The position numbers were made by a program, and so were the translations under genes. From the NCBI GenBank assembly GCA_002633005.1, contig NMRA01000129.1, positions 686,570 to 750,569 of the forward strand: 64,000 nucleotides of DNA, given 5' to 3'. The notes below the pieces were generated by a model that worked only from the letters and a program-made list of their open reading frames with translations, ran no database searches and was not told the DNA's origin. This stretch comes from Phoronis australis. Its lineage: Eukaryota; Animalia; Phoronida. Below are positions 58,682 through 64,000 of the stretch, one piece after another. Each line of letters opens with the position of its first letter. Within the stretch, counting starts at the first letter, position 1.

Positions 58682-61600
58682 CTGTGTGTACATAAGAAGA
58701 AAGTATTTGCAAAAATAGGTTCGGGTCCTTTATTACATTTGCATTAACACTAACAGCAACGAGAAGTCAATAATGAATATCATTATTTGATTTGGAAAGC
58801 GCACTGTCAATATTTCGGAGTCAGTAATTTTACATATTGACCGCTCACAAATTCGTATTGACCGCTGCTACGGTAATGCCGTTTTAACTTCTTTCATTTT
58901 TTAAAGAAGTAATGTTGATATCATCGTGATTCGACACCAGGATCTTCCGGTTCGCAATCCACTACTTTACCAGCACGACACCGGACTCGAAAGTTCTTTT
59001 ATATAATCCGGATTCTGACGTCATGTTTGTTTTTGAAAAAGCGTAAAACAAATCATTCGGTGAATGTAAACCTCCATCAAGGCATTAAAGTTCTCTCCAT
59101 CACGCTGCTGTACAAAAAGTGTGTTTCAGCGGCTAAATTGTTCTTTGACTTTCAATATACTTCAGTTTTCCTCGGGGTAAGCGTGTGCAGGCACTGAACG
59201 TTATGACACACAGCTTTCGATCGCATTGACATAACCAAATTATTTTGTCTATTGTATTGCATTAAAAACGACTGCTATATGTCAGTAAAACATGGTATCT
59301 TTCCCCAATTATAGTGGATTGTTCCTCAGTCTATTCTGAGCATCCACTATAAGATTTTTTTCAAAATCTCTCAACAACGTTTTGGGCATGAAATGGCTAC
59401 TCATATTGACGAACCGAACGAGTGATTGATATACTGTACGATCGAAAGACCAATGATAGTCAGTCTCCTTCCATTACTTAGCGAGTGTAATCATGTAGTA
59501 AAATAATTCGATCATAATGGTGGTTTTCAAACACCAAAAATGTGTCACATTTTGGAGTCTGAAAAGTAATATATTGATCTCAGTGAAAGTGGATAACTGT
59601 ATAGTAGTAATAAGAAGAACGACCACAGTATGCCATGAATTCAACGCAAACTACTATTTAGGACAGGGCCAATTCATCATGGTACCAAAGTATACTGAGA
59701 AACAGGTTATTAATCGAAAAGCATGAGACTATTTGCAAAGTATATTTATCTTATCAATATTAAGCATCGAAAGGAAACGATGTTTTTTCGGAGTTGAATA
59801 TAAATTCCCGTTTCAACACATACTAGTGCGTAGTGCCGTTTTTTCACAAAGATGCCATGTTGCGTTCATTGTTGCGCAATTCCTTGGTATGCTTTTATTT
59901 CTCACAACATGTTGTTTTCATTGCGACCTGACACCGGACGTTTCTTCCTTTTTATAGAACTGACACGATCCGCGATCGAGTACACGTGCTCTATAATTGT
60001 CTCGATAATCTCTACGGTACACACGCAATAAGTGTTTATTCGTATAATAACTATTTACGAAAATCGTATTTAAATCCGTCAAAATAAACATATTACAGGA
60101 AACGCCGACGATTGTCCAGTCTAATAGCCGAAATATCTCCAGTACCTGTTCAAACAGCTACAAGTCCAAAATTCCACAAAATTTTCTTTGTCGGCCTGGT
60201 GTAGATTATTGAAGATGTCCTGTGCGACAGGTCATCTTTTTAATGCGAAGACGCCATCGCTCTGAGCCTCACATTTTTGCTCGCTTATAATGTAACGTAA
60301 TGATCGGTAGCACTGAGCTATAGATATTCTAATTAAAATATTAAATAGTGTTGTTACTGGTTAAGTGGCACTAATTACTTTGCTTAATTGGAAGTTTAAG
60401 TTAAGCCAACAATTGACTTGTGCACAGTGGGTATTGCTGCAAGAGCGTTTTGTGTGATTATTGTACGATGTGCGTGATACCTACATCGGATGAAAACATC
60501 TTTTCGTAATCGTTTATGCATAATACATTTGTATTTAATTTGATACAAGTTAAAACAGATGCGATGAATACGCTATATATTCCACGATTTCGATAAAAAA
60601 TTCCAAACTACGCGAGATCTGTCAGTGATGTCAGACATGTTCTAAAGTTAAAACGACATAGCCATCATGGTGGGACTCTTAGTGCGTGTAAACACTTTTG
60701 AGATAAGATAGAGAAGACTTGTCCAGATTTACGTTAATCAATCAGACAAAATTATGTAAACATGGGTTGAAATTTCAACTATTGACAATCGCTGTCAAAA
60801 TTATTTAACACGAATTGTTTCGTTTTTAAAAAAGTAAAGAAACTTGTAGTTCTCGTCTTTTTAGTACACCTACGAATATGTATTCCGATATTTTTACTAC
60901 ATGGGCAAAATCTTTTGAAGCAAAGTCAGCTGATGATATATGAATCCTTCTCGACACCAAGTGGTTTGTTAATATAGAGAACAAGGTGTGAAATGACCAA
61001 TTTTATGCCACATTTGTTCATTACGATTATGAATAATTGTTTTATGGTTTTTGGATTTGCATATGTTGCAACAAATTATAGATGGTCATACATATAATCA
61101 TTGATTGTACAATTTAGTGATCCTAGGCTTACTTAAAAATGGACCCCTGATTTCTCATTTTAAATAAAATTCCTTGGCAAACAGTAATACAATGTTACCT
61201 TCAAGCACCTTTTACCTTCGTCAAGGTGTTACCAGTAAATGCAAGAAAACTACGAAACGTCAACAAGTCAGGCGTCAATTACTAGGAGGTAGCGATTTAT
61301 CTAAATGGTTGTTCACGGTAATATCTTCACGCCAACCTTGTGCTTGAGGGCTAAACTTGTCTTATATTGTTGTCCTGTTTGCACGACAAACAACGTTCAG
61401 AACAATTTTCGCCATTAATCACATCGTGTGCTCTGGCGCACACGTGCACACGGACTTATGTAACACCTTCAGGTAATTTAGCATTATTAGGGCAGGTCTA
61501 CGAGCTGTCATCTCCTAAAATACGTTTGTTTATTAAGATAATGAAAGTTTTGCATTTTTGTGGAAAGAAACTGTGAAATAAGTCTTGGTAGTGGTTCCAT

Positions 61601-62760
61601 TGTAAAGTGGGTTTCCAAGTTTTGTTAATTATTTTCTATGGTCAGTATTGTAATCCAGTGACATATCCAAAATCAGAAGAAATAGGTGACTTTAGAATCA
61701 TAGATTTAATTTATCAAAACGTTGACACGAGCCTGGTACAACTCTGAATATAACAATCAAAAGCTGCCAATGAACGCACCAACTCGGATCAAGAAAGTGC
61801 AGCAAATATAATGCACTCCAGCCGCGGTACGCTTGTGGTCGCTGCAGCGGCGATGTTAAAAACATGCCGTCTTTTCGAGTTACCACAATTAAATGATATT
61901 GGGTGAATCTTGCCTTCCCAAATTCGCTCTTGGCTTGTGTAAAAGCGAATCAGAAAAACAACGTGCAGAATCTCTTCAGCTTTGTTCAATCTTAGGCAGA
62001 GTCGCAGGTCCTATAAAGTGACCATGTAACCTTTAGTTGATTTATTCGATGACAGTTCTTTATAAACCCTTTTTGTACATGTTATGACGCTTTGTATAAC
62101 AGTAATTACGACTTGACAGTCATTCCACGTCTCATATTTCAATCAAGACGGAAAGACGAGAAATTATTTACAGCGGATTAAAAACGCGACACTGCCAAAG
62201 AAAATTACTAGGAAACATTTCTAAATCTGGGATTGTTTTGAGTTAAATCTCCGTAAAACATTTTGCTTTCATCATTCCACGAGCCTTGGGCGAGGTTTTC
62301 TTGTCATGATACAAAATTAATCACACAGCCGTGACAGCTAAGTACTAAGCTCCCACTATTATAAAGACCAATCCCGAATAATAAATAGTTTGTTGAGAAA
62401 CGTGAGAAATTTAGAGCCATGTTTCTCACCAACGCATAAATTTTCTTTGGCTCGTGCCATTTTCATCGGAATTTTTGTTAACTTGCAGTGTTTTACTAAA
62501 TGGGTCACTTCTGGTCGCACGTGTAAAAACAATGGGCCACTGCGTGAAGGTATAAATCAATATTTTTATATTCCGCGTGTAATCAAGACTCACACAGCGA
62601 GGAAGCTACACGACATTTTTATAATATTTTAGAGATTTGTCATGTCGCGACAAACTATTTTCATTTGCAGTGTCTTATTTGGAAGACAGGATCAGTAAGA
62701 TGTTTTGTTTAGACTTTGAAAACATACTCTCAAGCAATGGCTCGTTTTCATTGGCTATTG

Positions 62761-62867
62761 GTTATATATTGGTTGTATATTCAAAGGGTTATATATTGGT
62801 TGTATATTCAAAGGGTTATATATTGGTTGTATATTCAAAGGGTTATATATTGGTTGTATATTCAAAG
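62761..62867. repeat. 27-bp minisatellite, 4 copies, Vsx intron 1
   Basis: GGTTATATATTGGTTGTATATTCAAAG repeated perfectly. Confidence 0.95.
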
Positions 62868-63078
62868 CCAAAATAATGAAATATTGTTCTCACACAAACA
62901 CAATGGATGTCACAATACCGTTTCAGAGGTTGTCAATGTAAATTTATATTAAATTCCAATCCAAATTTTGATATATAAACGACGTAATACAGCACAATTC
63001 AGGGACTAACTTTGTTGGCATATCTTCTGAAAAAAATCTTTACCTCCGTGTAAGAGATTAAATATCCTCAGACCTTAC

Positions 63079-63478
63079 CTGGGTAAGAGATCGGCGATTT
63101 GAGATGTTTAGCGGTTGTCGCCGCCGTGGGCTGATAATAATCAGGAGTTTGTGAGCACGAGACAATCCCTGGGGTCCAAGCACTGTAGGGCGGCGGAGGA
63201 GGGTTACTCACAACACTTGGCGGGGCTGGTGGAGAGAGGTGTTGGAAGCTGGCGTAGGTTTGCGGGATGTAGGCCGAGTTATCCTGCACGTGCGACGGCG
63301 AATGCTGCTGTGGTCCGCCGAGACCTAGTAATTCGTGGATGGCAAAACTGTTCCGGTGCTGAGTCAAATTGGCACCATTATAGCCCGAGGAAGCCGGGTG
63401 GTAGGCCCGGGCGACATCGTTCATAGATCCGGACAAACTCAGTGGTAATCTGGCGTACGAACTGAGCACGGAGTTCAT
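63079..63478 (-). CDS. Vsx: Vsx homeobox protein, exon 1 of 5 (octapeptide/eh1); whole CDS 347 aa
   Basis: ATG at 63478; RNSFAIHELLGL eh1/octapeptide; Pro/Ser-rich segment; GTAAGG donor, phase 1. The start codon choice is less certain than the exon. Confidence 0.88.
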
Positions 63479-64000
63479 GGTAAATGTTGTCGACAGCGCC
63501 ACGGACCGAGATTATAAGGAACGGCTTGCCTAATCATCCAAACATTCGCATCACGCTGGATTAAGACCAGTGCGCGTAAACAAACACCACGTTGGGAATG
63601 TTCGACGGACAGTCACTACAAGTCCACCATCTCAATCCGCCAATCACAGATGGTCGACTGCGAAACATTCTTAAATTTCGTTCACATTTTCTCGTTTATA
63701 ACATCAAATTATCTTCAAAATGTGAGGATCCTCGATTTTGGTGATTCTTAGGTTCCATTATGAGAAATGTGATCGTATAACCTCCACTGGCATTATAAAA
63801 CCGCAAATTTATGACTTTTTGCATTATTTTTAAAAGCTTTGTTTCTTAAGAAAAAAGTATTAAGAAATACGAAAATATGTGTCATCCACTATCATAATTA
63901 TAATTTTGCATAATACAAACGTCAAATATAGTTTAGGTATCACATGTTTAATGTTTCATGCAATATCATTGTTACAGTGAAGGCACGAGCGAAGTTCTAG

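Noticed and set aside
58925-58990. tRNA-like sequence on the minus strand
   Set aside because: A and B boxes are degenerate and no clean cloverleaf forms; at most a decayed SINE head.
62637-62952. ORFs with GYILVVYSK or VIYWLYIQR repeats
   Set aside because: Translations of a 27-bp minisatellite.
16099-63478. Functional cluster idea: flavin transporter, mucin, sugar transporter and eye homeobox acting together
   Set aside because: Animal gene neighbours are rarely co-functional. Nothing in the sequence shows shared regulation; conserved microsynteny and co-expression would be needed.

Overview
AT-rich animal (bilaterian invertebrate-like) genomic scaffold with spliced genes, not a prokaryote; two N-gaps (10289-11265, 46300-46439) and two single Ns. 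Four multi-exon genes can be built by hand with GT-AG introns and consistent phases: (1) a divergent SLC52/riboflavin-transporter-family gene (-, 3 exons, 16099-19680, 474 aa); (2) a type I membrane protein with an unusual Reeler + Thr-rich mucin stalk + SEA-like + 2xEGF + TM architecture (+, 3 exons, 25519-28920, 712 aa); (3) a senju-like SLC35A nucleotide-sugar transporter (-, 4 exons, 37437-49698, 353 aa); (4) a Vsx (Chx10/ceh-10-type) homeobox gene (-, 5 exons, 53576-63478, 347 aa). There is also a 214-aa single-exon orphan ORF. The first ~13 kb is a decayed tandem duplicate of the SLC52 locus, with a pseudogenised last exon. A LINE inserted into it, and a near full-length Gypsy LTR element then inserted into the LINE. 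Other mobile DNA: a Kolobok-like THAP element, a Harbinger-like element, a hAT-like MITE, Helentron/DINE-like elements, a Penelope-like fragment with inverted pLTRs and a decayed hammerhead, and a 17+17-bp palindrome with a 7-bp TSD that looks like a P-element excision footprint. All family assignments come from motif recognition only; no database searches were run.
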